Of a stretch of DNA of 64,000 bases, positions 25,139 to 38,500 are shown one piece after another. The notes beneath the pieces were generated by a model that ran no database searches, was not told the origin of the DNA, and worked only from the letters and a program-made list of their open reading frames with translations. How positions within the stretch are numbered: position 1 is the first letter of the stretch; the number at the start of each line of letters is the position of its first letter. A program made the position numbers and the translations under genes. Origin of the DNA: Azolla caroliniana (lineage: Eukaryota > Plantae > Polypodiophyta); NCBI GenBank assembly GCA_043228905.1, contig JBHGNT010000005.1, positions 9,486,001-9,550,000 on the forward strand. Direction: 5' to 3'.

Positions 25139-27702
25139 TATACTCTCCCAAATCAGCAAGCAATCTTCTGATCCATACTTCTTCACAAGTGGCTATTGCA
25201 GCTCCTCTATATTTAGCTTTAGTACTTGCTACTCCATGAAATAATTGCACTTCCCAATGTAAACATATATCCACTCGTGGATCTTCTATCAGTTTGGCTT
25301 CCAGCCCAATCATCATCTGTATATCCTTCCAACTTTATGTCCAAATCAGCTCTATAAAACAATCCATAGTTTTGAGTAGCTTTTATATACCTCAAAATTC
25401 TTCGAATGTAGTCCAAATGTGGCTTTCTTGGTTGTTGCATAAACTGGCTAACTAATCCAACTGCATAACTCAAATTAGATCTTATTATAGTCAAGTATAT
25501 GACGCTGCCCACCATAGACCTATACATGTTCACATCTGCAATTGTTGCTCCGAAATCAACCCTCAATTTGCAGTTCCTATCTAGTGGTACATCAATAGGT
25601 TTGCATCCAAGCATACCATACTTCTTCAACATATTTGTTGCATACTAATTTTGCAACATATATATACCACTTTCAGATCTGATCATCTCAATACCAAGAA
25701 AGTATCTCAACTCTCCCAAATCCTTCATATAAAATTGCATTTCTAGATTTTTCTTCAGCTTGTTTATTTCATCCATAGAGTCACCTCCAATGATTAAATC
25801 ATATACATAAATCAAAATCACAACAATGCAATCATTCATCTTCTTTACATACAATGATGGATAAGCTTTTGACATTTTGAAGGCAAATTTTTTTAGAGAT
25901 TCTGAAAGTTCCTTGTGTCATACTCTTGGTGCTTGTTTCAGTCCATAGAGAGCCTTTTTCAGCCTACATACATATTTTGGATGTTTCTTATGTTCAAATC
26001 TTGGTGGTTGACACGTGCATACTTCCTATTCTAAGTTACCATGTAAAAAGGCATTTTTTACATCCATATGGTGCAGAACCCATCTTTTGGTTGCACTTAC
26101 AGCAAGTAGTGTACTCAATGTTGTCATCTTTACAACCAGTGCAAATGTTTCATCATAATCAATTCCTTGCATCTGGGCTAATCCCTTTGCCACAAGTCTT
26201 GTTTTATGTCTACTTACATTCCCATTAGAATCATGCTTTGTTTTGTAGACCCATTTGTAACCTACCACATTTTTTCCTTTTGGTAACTTTACCAAATCCC
26301 ATGTTTTATTTTCAACCAATGCATCTATTTCTTCTTGCATTGCATTCACCCATTTCTTATCATATTTTTCTTCATCAAAACTATTTGGATCAGGGATTTG
26401 TACCACTTTAGACATGTATGCATAATGCATAGCCATGTATGTATCATAACCAAATCTTTCAACGGATGTTTTCTCTCTATTTGATCTTCTTAGTTTTTTA
26501 TTTGCATCTTTCATTGCATTTTCCATACTAGGGATTTTCAAGGCTCGTATACCCAACTCATCATCTAATGATACATCTGAATCTACATCTTCCATGTTTC
26601 TAGATCCTTCATCAAGCATTTCATATTCTGGCATCTTTTGTTTTCCCTTTTTATCTCATATTTTTTGTGTCTTGCATTTTTTCCACTCTATGCATTTGAA
26701 TCGGATTTACTACCAGAGTTTTCAGATGGTCCAGTACATTCTATTCATGTGGAACTTCATTGTCCAACCTTATTTCCATCTCCATTTCGATGGCAGTCTC
26801 TTCCATTTTCAGATTTATCTTTGTCTTCATTTCCACATCTTCATCAGTTTCTACATTTTCTTTTGGGTTGTACCAGTTGCCCAACTCATCAAATATTACA
26901 TTACGGCTTACTAAAATCTTTTTTGTCAAAGGGTTATAGCATCTATACCCTTTTTGCTCCTTTGAATATCCCACAAAAACACATTTTTCAGCTTTTGGAT
27001 CAAACTTACTTCTTACTTCATCAAGTACATGAACATAGACAAGGCATCCAAACACTTTTAAGTGTCCTAAACTAGGTTTCCTCCCATAAAAGAATTCTTT
27101 AGGTGTTACTTCATGTACTCTAGATGCTATACACCTATTTAGAATATTGTTTGTTGTGTTTACAGCTTTTGCCCAGCAATACAATGGCATATTTTTTCTG
27201 TCAACAAGGCTCTTGCTATGTTCACCAAAGTTTTGTTTTTTCTCTCAGTGACTCCATTTTGCTGTGGAGTATATCTACATGTGAGTTTCTTTGCTTGCAT
27301 AGAAAATTAGAAAATTCATTTGAGAAGTACTCTCCTCCTCCATCAGACCTTAAGCATTTTATTCTAGTCCCGGCTTGCTTTTCTACCATACATTTGAACT
27401 TACGAAAGCAATCAAATACTTCACTCTTCTCTTTCATGAAGTAAACCCATATTTTCCTTAAGCAATCATCAATAAATGTTCCATAAAACCTGCAGCCACC
27501 TGTTACCGATTAGGAACACTATCTACGCTCAGTCCTTCTAGGTAGACCCCAAGGAGACCGTTGTCGTGCCTTTTAGCGCCAGATCGTTGCGTGAGTCGGG
27601 TGGGAACCGTCGGGATTTTGGACTAGGAGGAGGAAGAATTTGAGGCTAATCTAGTTTTGAATATGAATAGATTATAAGAAAGAGATATAAAAACTTCTGA
27701 AT

Positions 27703-28835
27703 CCCACAAGTATAGTTGTTTTAGTTTATCTTAATCGTAGTAATAAATTGTAGTTTAGAATAGATTAGAGTAGATTGAGAAAAGAGATCAAAACTTGTGA
27801 ATCCCACAAGTATTATATTAATCAATATTTATGTAAAAATATGAATGTAGATTGAAAGAGAAGGATATGGAAACCTCGTGAATCCCACGAGTATAGTTTA
27901 TTTCATGAATCCCACGAATATAGTTTATTAATTGGTGTTGTTTAGAAATATATCTAATTTCCAAATATTCCACAAACTTATTACATTGTGCTCCCCATCC
28001 TTATATAGTGATGAGAGAGTCTTGGCAATCCATGTTTTTTCACTAATTATGCCCTCCATGCTTTTTCTATCAATAGACTATATGCTTTTCCCATGTTGTT
28101 GCCGACAATATTCTCGTCTTCCTCTTATCATATCTTTGGCATACTCTTTCGACTTTAGCCCAATCCTCGGTAAGGCCATTTGCACCGTCATCATCTTCAA
28201 ATTCGATCTCGATGTCCATCCTTTCTTTCCGATCAATCGATCTTACGAACATTAGGACTTTATCCTCCCCCACCAATCTTTGTTCCCACTCCGAGAGTTG
28301 AGCAAACTGATACTCAAACTCTAGGAATGCTTGTTTTACGCTTCGGAGGGTCTTCTCCGATGCCACCCATTTGTCGAACTCGCGCCGATCTCGTCCCTTT
28401 GGTCTCTCATAATCATATGCTTCCAATATAGCTTTCTCAAAGGACACCCACAAGTATAGTTGTTGTAGTTCATCTTAATCGTAGTAATAAATTGAAATAG
28501 TTTAGAATAGATTAGAGTAGATTGAGAAAAGAGATCAAAACTTGTGAATCCCACAAGTATTATATTAATCAATATTTATGTAAAAATATGAATGTAGATT
28601 GAAAGAGAAGGATATAGAAACCTCATGAATCCCACGAGTATAGTTTATTTCGTGAATCCCACGAATATAGTTTATTAATTGGTGTTGTTTAGAAATATAT
28701 CTAATTTCCAAATATTCCACAGACTTATTACATTGTGCTCCCCATCCTTATATAGTGATGAGAAAGTCTTGGCAATCCATGTTTTTTCACTAATTATGCC
28801 CTCCATGCTTTTTCTATCAATAGACTATATGCTTT
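27703..28835. repeat. Direct duplication of about 385 bp (27703-28090 and 28448-28835) around a captured gag fragment
   Basis: The two copies are near identical. The spacer 28091-28447 encodes WVSFEKAILEAY...GANGLTEDW on the minus strand, like the gag of D. Confidence 0.88.
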
Positions 28836-29219
28836 CTCTAACATGCTTTTTCTAAAGTCATGCGTTTTTTTATCGACTATAGTGTTCATGCACGTTAGAT
28901 GTGCATGTGTAGCTTTTTCTTTTATCATGCCTTTTCCTAAAGTTTATCCTAGCGTGAACTTACCTTTCTATGTGGGACATCTACTTTTTGACACTAATGA
29001 TATGTTAGAGTAATGGTAAGGCTTCACATATTAACATGGAGTTACAAGGTTTGAATCTTGCCTTATGCATGTAATATATATTTTGATATTTCTTTCTTTT
29101 TCTTCATATTTATTCAATCAGTTATTTTATACGTTTTTCACGTAGTGTACGAAATACACTACGACACTCACCCCCTCCGAACCGGCACATCCTTTGGTAT
29201 GAGCCGAAATTGTCGGAGC

Positions 29220-30646
29220 TCGTTATTCTCCATCCATAATATCAATGGGTCCTCACCCGCAGCTACTTCGGGGTTTTGTGGTGCCCTATTGACGCTGTGT
29301 TCGAGCTCCGTAATGCACTCTTGGGCCTTCTATAATTGGGCTTGAGTCAATTTGAATGTTCTCCACACGTTTTTATTCGTGCTAGCCATATCCTTGGCCC
29401 CCACACTAACTCTAACTAATTCTCGATGTACCTCGACCAGGGCCGCATTCAATGGAGGTAGTTCAATGCTCATACGCCGAATCCCCGCATTCCGTTGCCA
29501 GCCTACCTTGGCTAGAGGCCCTTCATCCTCACTTTCTGTTGTGCGTGTGAGCGCACGCTCAATCATCTGTTGTTCTGCGTGTTCCTCCGCCATTCTCTTC
29601 GATACCTTAATTTGTTGCGTTGCCAAAAATTCCATGAGTTCGTAAGTTGTTCCAAATTGTAGTAGCGCACCGATCTCATGGGTTGTATCCGGGATGTTCG
29701 GGTACTTTAGGACTTCGCTTTCCGCCATGAGTACGCATTTCCCACACTGTGGTTGAGCCGTAATGATAGGTCGTGGTTCCCGGATTATTTCTAAAGTGGT
29801 GTTGGGCTCCGTAGTTGCGGAACTGTTGACCAAGGCGGCCGTGTCTGTGTCCGCGGTTGTGTCTTTGTCTGCGGTTGTGTCTTTGACCAGTCCGCGCCCA
29901 TCTTTCCTGTTCAGCCTATGCTGTTTCGGCCTCGGGCTTTCCTGGCGTTGCTTGGCTTCCTGCTCCTGTGGGGCTTCCTCCCTGTTTTTCGGTCGTTCTT
30001 CCTATGTTGTTCACGTGATGGGCTGGGAAGGTTGTGGTTCATCTTCCCATTCCGTGGTAGCCAACTCTGCTAACCGCCGTTTTGCAGAACGTGGCGGCGG
30101 TGTGGATTTACTGGGTTGGGGTGCGGGCTGACCTCTGGGTGGGAATAGTATCGTCAGTTACTATTATATGATTAGCCTTAGCTTTTTGCCGCCCTGATAC
30201 GCGTGCAGGCCTTCCCGTAAAGTTGGTCCTGTAATTAGCCCCCAATCGACCACGCGCCCTTCGAAGGTATCAATGATGATGCTTGTCTTCTTCTTTGGCA
30301 TCCCATAGGCATTTACGTGCACGCATCCTACCTCCAGCAAGAACTTGGCTATTTCTCGAAAGAAGGGGTCAGGGATTTCCTTCATCCTATATGCTTTGGC
30401 GGACACCGAATATTCCCTGAAATATTTCTTCAAGGTTTCTGCAGGAGGGATGTCGAAATGTTTCTCCCCAATCGATGATAAGTCAAGCTTCTTCTGGATG
30501 GTAGCGTTGGTGACCGTGTCGATGTTTAGCTTCTTGGTAATTTCCAGGGCTTCAAGGTGAGCAGGTGCCTCGGCCACTTTGATGTATCCATCCAGTTTCT
30601 TTTTGTGGAGCCATCTACGCAAGGCAGCGGAAATAGTGATCGGCAT
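29220..30646 (-). pseudogene. Extra ORF downstream of the integrase in element F (unknown function)
   Basis: ATG at 30646 starts a globular segment (30164-30646, ...GRVVDWG...). Stop-interrupted Pro/Thr-rich and helical segments follow up to the PPT. Confidence 0.55.
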
Positions 30647-31765
30647 CGTAGGTGGATGAGACTCGTGGGTAGTGGGTGAGGTTTGCTAGCTATGGCGGAC
30701 GTGGGCTTTGTGGTATGATGGGGAGTAAGGTGAGTGAGGAGAGCGACGAAAGAGAGGAGGGTTAAGGGCTGAAGATTGTTTTCTATACTGTGTAGAAAAC
30801 CTTCTTATGTCCTCTTTTTGTGGCCTAGGGTTCATTGGCTTGTGTGCCATCGTGGTGCCGCGTGTTCTTGCTCTAGAAGTTTGTGCATGCATCAAGTCCT
30901 TTTAATAGCGTCACTATCTTCTCCTCTTTTTTTTCTTTTTTTTCCCTTGTAACGGTTAAATACAATATTACTGTTACACTATAATACAGGTGGGTCCCTT
31001 TAATTAATCCATTGATTCTTCGGCCGTGTCTTTTACAGCGTGGAACGGGTTTGGTGGAGCCAGTCCCAGGTAGGGTTTCAATTATAACCCATTCACCTTT
31101 TGTTGTAACACTTCTCCGGCCAGGGTGCCTAATTGAAACGTGCCATTTTCCGCACCAACTATCCAGTATGGCCCTGTCCAGCGGAATCTTAATTTACCTG
31201 GCATTTGCCTCATCCGTGTTTGAAAGACCAAGACTGCTTTGTCGACCGCAAAATCTTTTTCACGCGCATTTCGATGCCTGTCCACGAATGCTTTACGCCG
31301 ACGCTGCTCCTATTCCAATATGGCCATGTTGCGTACCTGTCTCTCGCCTAGTTCGAGCAGCTATTGTAGCCGTATTTGTTCGGACTTTTCTTTTGATAGC
31401 CAATCTCGTACCTGAATCCACAGATTGGGTACCTGAAATTCGACTGGCATTACAGCCTCCAGCCCAAATGTTAGCCTGAAAGACGTGGATTGTATGCTAG
31501 TCTTATAGTTGGTTCAATACGCCCATAACGCGTTGTGTAATTTGGTATCCTAGTCTGTTCTGTTCTCATTGACGATCTTTTTTAGTATGGTTTGTAACGT
31601 TTTGTTCGTGGATTCTGCTAAACCATTCGCCTGTGGATAATACAACGTGCTCTTCTTGTGGACAATGGCATAGTGTTGTGTCAGCTCCCGGATGACCGAA
31701 TTCAGAAAGTGGCTTCCTTGGTCGCTGATGAGCTCGATACGGCAGCCAAAACGACACCAGATGTT

Positions 31766-32591
31766 TGTTGGGAGACAGGTCCCTCCGGATGGGAAGGGAG
31801 AAGAACAGTGCTGATAAGAAAACTCGGTCGAGGCTGATAGGCCGAGGCCGAAACCGGATGAGGAGTACCTGGCTACGGAGAGCCGGATAGTGCAGACCCG
31901 GTGAAGACCGGATGAGGAGTACCCGGCTACGGAGAGCCGGATGGTGCAGACCCAGTGAAGACCGGATGAGGAGTACCCGGCTACAGAGAGCCGGATGGTG
32001 CAGACCCGGTGAAGACCGGATAAGGAGTACCCGGCTACGGAGAGCCGGATGGTGCAGACCCGGTGAGAACCAGATGAGGAGTATCCGGCTACGGAGAGCC
32101 GGATGGTGCAGACCCGGTGAGGAATGCTCACCGAATGAAGAGACATATTCGTAAATATGTTTCTGAGAGTCCATCGAGGCTATATTTTTAAATAGCCGAA
32201 AAGTCATATTAGTATAAATATGACTTAGGGCAAACTTTTAGACTGTTGTTGTTGTCATTCTTGTTGGTGCTAGAAAAGAGAGAGCGCGTAACTGTGTACA
32301 GTGAGAAAGAGAGAGAAAGAGGTCGTTGCCTCTGTTGTAACCGCCGCCTGTGGCGAAGATCGTGAGCACGAGGTCGTTGCCTCCGTGAACTCACTATTGT
32401 ACATACTAACATAGTGATAGTTTGCAGCCTGTGGGCTACTGTGGTTTTTCCCCTAGTTTGGGGTTTTCCACGTTAAACATCCTGTGTACACCTCTCTTCT
32501 TTGTGTCGTGTTTTATTTCCCGTTTTCTGTGTATGATTCTAAGCTCGGTTGTGGCCGAGCGTTGCGCATAAGGAGCGTTTAGTTCCTGTCA
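31766..32591 (+). mobile_element. Solo LTR related to Copia N, inside the integrase of F
   Basis: TGTTGGGA...CCTGTCA with perfect TSD ATGTT. Shares GGTCCCTCCGGATGGGAAG and AGTCATATTAGTATAAATA with the LTRs of N. Confidence 0.93.
31853..32120 (+). repeat. 5 x 54-bp tandem repeat in U3 of the solo LTR
   Basis: Unit ACCGGATGAGGAGTACCCGGCTACGGAGAGCCGGATGGTGCAGACCCGGTGAAG. Confidence 0.92.
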
Positions 32592-35500
32592 ATGTTCTCG
32601 TAAAGAAATTTCGCCGTCACTACCACGGTATTTTCTCGTAGTGCTTTCACTTCCACCCACTTGGTGCGATAATCAGTTGCCACCAGTATATATATATTGC
32701 CAGTCCTTGTTGCTGCCGGTGTAAACGGCCCCATGAAATCAAGTCCCCATTTCTGGAATGGATCCAACGGCAACACTGGTTGATGTGGCATCCTTACGGC
32801 CTTCGTGGGTTGGCCCATCCATTGACACAAATCTCATTGTTTGTAATATTCATACGCATCCTTTTGCGTAGACGGCCACCATAGGTTGGCTTGCCAGACT
32901 TTACAAACCGTAACATCGCCCGCGTAGTATCCTCCTGTCCTACCACAGTGAGCTTCTCATAAAACTGCTTCCTTCTCATCCTGGCGTATTCCGTGTCGCC
33001 AGATTCCGTCGCTGCCCTTGTGATACGGGACCCCTTCGACCAAACAGAAGTTATGACTTCGGATGGCCAATCGTTTCTTCTCGTCCGTCCTTAATTGCAG
33101 CGGTGGTAATCCCATGGTCAGAAAGTATGTCATCTCCATCAACCAACAATCTGGAAAAGTTTTTTCCGTACACATCGCTATAGTTGCGATCTGCAGGATG
33201 TCCGCATCAGGACAGTCGTCGTCATCCTTTCGCACCATTTCTCCATTATTTATCTTGCTTAAGAAATCCGCTACAACGTGTTGCATACCAAGTCGATGTT
33301 GTATAACAAAGTCGAACTCCTGGGGCAACAACATCCATCTAGCCAATTTTCTTGTCAGTGCCTACTTCCCCACCAGGTATAGCAATGTCGTATGGTCCAC
33401 GTGAAACGTAAATTTCCGCCCCAGCAGATAATGTCGAAATTTATTGATGTTGTATATCATACCCAACGCTTCTCGTTCCATTGTGGAGTAGTTACACTCA
33501 GCCTGTGATAGCTTCCTACTGGCGTAGTACACTAGTTTGTTCCAATTTGGCTCCGTGAGCTGCATCAACGCACTACCTATTGCTATGTCTGAGGCGTCCA
33601 CAAAAACGTGAAATGGTTTCCCCCAATCTGGTGGTTGTACGACTAGTGCTTGAGTCACCATTATTTTAAGCGCGTCCTACGCTCTTTCTTTAGTTGCCGT
33701 CCATTTGAAAGGTGTACAGTGGACGGTGGCATGTAAAGGTGTGGCGAAATCCGCCAAATATCATAACATACAACTATGCTAGCGTATTTGTCCCAGAAAA
33801 CGGCTGAGTGCTTTGGCAGTTTTCGGGGTTTTTGCTTGAATGATCGCGGAAATTTTATTAGGATCCACCGCTATCCCCTCCTTGCTGACAATGTGCCCGA
33901 GGAGGGCTCCACTTGTGACGCCGAATGCGCATTTGGCTGGATTCAAGCTTAAGTGTGAAGCCCGGCAACGCTCCAGACACAGTCGTAAATGACTCAGATG
34001 GTCGGATGTCCCATACACCGCGAAATCGTCCAAAAAGACTTGCATGAAGGCGGGTATGTATTCCCCAAAAATTTCCGTAATTGTCCGTTGGAATGTAGCA
34101 AGCGCCGTCTTTAACCCAAACATCACGACTACCACAACATAAACTCCCCAGTCAGTGACAAACGTCGTCTTCTCTTGGTCGTCAGGATGCATGCGTACTT
34201 GATTGTATCCACTAAAGCCCTCTAGAAAACTGTACATGTCATGCCCTGCGACTGTGTCCAGTACGCTGTCGGTGAAAGGTAAAGCAAATGCATATGTAAT
34301 AGTTATGACGTTCAATTTTCGATAGTCCATGCAAACGCGGATTTTTCCATTTTTCTTCGGGACTACGACTATCGGGCTCAGCCACGTAGCTTGCGTGACT
34401 AGTCGAATGAATCCAGCCTTGAGAAGTTTGTCAATTTCTTCTTTTACGCGAGCCGCGTAATTTGGATTCATTTGGTATCGACATTGCTGAACAGGTTTCG
34501 TGTTAGTAGCTAAGTTGATCTTATGCTGGTAGAATTTTGGATCCAATCCCTTCATGTCGTCATGGGACCAAGCGAACACATCTTTATATTCCTTGAGCAG
34601 AGCTAACATCGCCTCTTTCTGATCCGGTAGTAAGTATTTTGCGATGGAGAGTAATCGGGGATCCGTTATCGTTCCTACGTTAACTTCTTCCAACGCTGAG
34701 GCAGTGACTCATCATGAAATTTCCATTTCTTTCTCAAACGCGGCCTGTGCTCGGTTTAATTCCATTATCGACTCTGGGTCTGGTTCATAAGCCTCTTTGT
34801 GAAGTGTAGTGGGAGTAGCGTAATCTGCCATGGTTTCTATTACGTCAAAAGGGGCAAGCTTCCCATTCCGAGATTCCTAACTGTTCACATGTCTTTGCAC
34901 TAATCACATTAACACCAAAGCCCCCGTCGATTATACAGCCTGTTATTTCCTTGTCGTTGGTGATCCACCATTGTTGGTCCGGCGCTAGTTTTGGCAAAAT
35001 TTGCTGACATTTATACCAAGCCTACCTATTATGCGATCTTCTACGGCCTGGCGAAATCGTGGAACTAGTTGAAGGAGTTTTTCCATGGTCATTGTTATTT
35101 CATAGCCTACCAGTGCCTGCCATATGGGGTCCGGGGATATTATGTTTTCTTCTATCGGCCCAACATTGTTTGCGGACTCCTGCCACGTGTGCGTCGTATT
35201 GGCTGCATTTGCTTTTTCTATCCATGCTTGGGCCGCTTTGCGTACATCATCTTGTGTAGCTAGTCAACATTCTTTGTTTGTTGCCGTATCGTGACCTCCT
35301 GAATTTCCGTCGTAATCGTATTTACGGTAGGCCCTTTGCCCTTGCACAGTGGACATTGAGTTGCGTAATGTCCAGGTTGTTGGCAGACAAAACAATGTAC
35401 ATTGAACTCTCCTTTCTCTGCAGCTGGCGGCGTATTCCTATCCCCAAGTGTCGTTTGCTCCTCCTGGAATTCCGGGGTGTTTGCGGTTGGTCCCTGCATG

Positions 35501-38500
35501 ACTCCTGGCGCCGGTCATCCTCCGAACTTTCGTCGTAACGTTGTTGGTCCCTATACTTGTTAGGAAATAGGTCCCTCCGGATGGGAAGTGAGAAGAACAG
35601 TGTTGATGAGCAACTCGGCCGAGGCCAAATCTGGATGTGGAGTACCCGGCAACAGAAGACCCGGTGAGAACCGGATGTGGAGTACTCGGCAACGGAAGAC
35701 CCGGTGAGAACCGGATGACAAGTACCCGGCAAGGAAGACCCGATGAGAACCGGATATTGTAGGCCCGGTGAGAACCTCTCATCGGATGGAAGGGACATAT
35801 ATGTAAATATGTTCCAGAGAGCCCAATGGGGCTATATTTGTAAATGGCCCGAAAGTCATATTAGTATAAATAGGACCTAGGGCAAACTTAATAGTTATGA
35901 TGATAGAGTTATTGGTCTAACCTCTATACAGTGCGTAAGAGAGAGAGAGAGAGAGCGATATACAGAGATTGTGTCTCTGTTGTAACCGCCGCTAGGCGAA
36001 GATTGTGAGCAAGAGGTCGTTGCCTCTGTGCTCCCTGTTGTATTACTTTACAGAGTGATAGTTTGGAGTCTGTGGACTCCCGTGGTTTTCTCCCTCTCAA
36101 GGTTTCCCACGTTAATATCCTATGTATTCTCTTTATGTTTTGTCGACTTACCTCCATTCCCATTTCGTCTGTGTTTTGATTGTCATCAAGTGATCTATGC
36201 TTCGGTTGTGGCCGGAGATTAATCCGCGTATTCCATGTCAAATTGTTATCAGAGTGAAATGACACAGAAAAATGGACGATTCGTTGGGAGGCATGTTCAA
36301 GCTCACTGGCTCCAATTACTCTGTGTGGAAGTCGAAGATGAGGGACATGCTCATGGTTAAAGATCTTTGCTTGCAGGTTCAGTTCGAGGACAAGAGACCG
36401 AACAAAATTGATGCCACGATATGGGAGGTGATGCACATGAAGACAACGGCGTACATACGGTGCTTCATCGACATGAGTCTATACAACAACTTCAATGAAG
36501 AGAGTAAGGCTCATGAGCTCTGGGAGAAGATCGGCATTATGTTTTAGAACAAAAATGTTGTTAATCAGGTTTCGGTATTTCGGAAGCTAGTAAGACTCCG
36601 GTACCAAGATGGCTCCAGCATGGCGGAGCACATGAATGCCTTCTAGGGGCTGATCCACCAGGCAACATCATTGGAAGTACCTCTCGCCAATGAGGTACTA
36701 GCACTGCTCCTGCTTGGTTCCCTCCCAAATAGCTGGGAGACATTGGTTGTCACTTTGGGCAACGCCAGGCCGGAAGGGAAACGGTTATCCCTAGTAAGAG
36801 TTAAGTCGAGCTTGCTAGATGAGGAGGCGCGTCGGAAAGACAAGGACACGAACTCCGACTCCAAAGTGCTCATTACCGAATTGGAACGTGGAAGACAAAG
36901 GAACCGTAGTCCCCAGAACCGGGAAACGTCGGGGACACGGTCAAAGTCAAGGGGGAGGCCTGCCTGCTTCTATTGCGGCAAGCCAGGACACTTCCAAAAG
37001 AACTGTTGGCACTTCCGAAAAGACAAGGAAACCGATGGTACCGATTCTAAGCGGACACCGAACCGGAACGGTAAAGACCGGAGGGGAATGGACCGGAAGG
37101 GAACGACGGCAATCACGGCAAGTGAAGAAGAGTTGATGCTCATCACCGATGAGAGTGAGTTGAACCTTGCCGGTGACGAGACAACGTGGGTTGAACCTTA
37201 CCCCGGACCGTAAATACTTCTCATCCTACACAATCGGTGATCACGGTTGTGTCTGGATAGGGAATGAAGGTACATGCCAAATTATCGGCATAGGAGATGT
37301 GTGGTTGACAACACCAACCGGATGCAAGTTGTTGTTGAAGGATGTCTGACACGTTCCGGAGGTTCGACTGAACCTGATATCAGCCGGTCGGCTAGATGAT
37401 GAAGGCTACACGGGTAGTATCCGGAACGGAGTCATGAAATTCAGCAAAGGGAGCCTGATAGTGGCTCGGGCCCGTAAGATCAACATGTTGTACCTTATGC
37501 ATGCCCGGTTATGCCCGGAAGAAGTGAACGTGGCTTCCGACACTACCGATGAGCTGTGGCACAAGAGACTATGTCACATGAGCGTGAAGGGGATGAAGAG
37601 GCTTGCCGATGACAACCTCATTCCAGTGAAGAACGTGCATCTTGAGAGGTGCACCAACTACCTAGCCGGTAAGCGAAACCGGACCTCCTTCCGATCAAGG
37701 CCATCGATGAGACGTAATGCACCATTGGAATTGGTGCATACATATGTGTGTCAAGTGGACACGAAGTCCCATGCCGGAGCGCTGTACTTCGTGACGTTCA
37801 TAGATGACCATAGCAAGAGGCTGTGGGCCACACCATTGAAGACGAAGGATCAGGTATTATCCGTCTTCAAGGAGCTCCACGCAAGAGTGGAAAGAGAAAC
37901 CAGACGGAAGCTGAAGGCGGTTCGAGCAGATAACGGAGGAGAATATCGGGGGCAGTTCGAGGAGTACTGCCGCTCGAAGGGAATCTGGCTCGAATTTACC
38001 GTGTTGAAGACACCGGAACTAAACGGGCTAGCCAAGAGGATGAACCGGACCATAATGGAGAGGGTCCGGAATATGCTAGCACATGCTAAACTACCCAAGA
38101 CGTTTTGGGCTGAGGCACTGTCGACAACGACGTATGTGATAAACAGATCACCCTCAGTGCCCTTGGATGGAGACACGCCGCAAAAGGTGTGGACCGGTAA
38201 GGAAGTGTCCTACCAACATTTGAAGGTGTTCGGGTGTCTCACGTATGTGCATGTTGATAAGGACCGGACAGGAAAGTTGGATCCAAAGACCTGGCCATGC
38301 ATATTCCTTAGATACGGCGATGATGAGTTCGGCTATCGAGTGTGGGATCCGATTGACAAGAATGTTTTCCGGAGCTGAGATATTATCTTCATGGAGGACA
38401 AGACTCTTGCCGACTGGGAGTCAGAGAAGAAGATAATGAACTTCGATGAGATTTGGACCCACCCAGCTAAGAGACGGTTGACACTTGAGGAACCAGCCGG

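Larger units (their letters stand above)
27562..35557 (-). mobile_element. Non-chromoviral Gypsy F (Phygy/Selgy-like): gag end, PR, RT, RH, INT, extra ORF, PPT and 3' LTR 27562-29166
   Basis: Knuckle CFVCQQPGHYATQC. Protease IIDGG near 34925. RT WLSPIV..SGYNQ..FLDD (33779-34693). RH VDASD. INT WGLDF, SDQG, YPQANG, WTGPY. PPT GGAGGGGGTGAG then TGTCGTAG on the minus strand. Confidence 0.85.

Noticed and set aside
27703-28835. TRIM with 385-bp terminal repeats
   Set aside because: The repeats lack TG...CA termini, PBS, PPT and TSD.
31853-32207. Repetitive ORFs or a CRISPR-like array
   Set aside because: It is a contiguous 54-bp tandem repeat inside a solo LTR, and the ORFs are artefacts of a stop-free unit.
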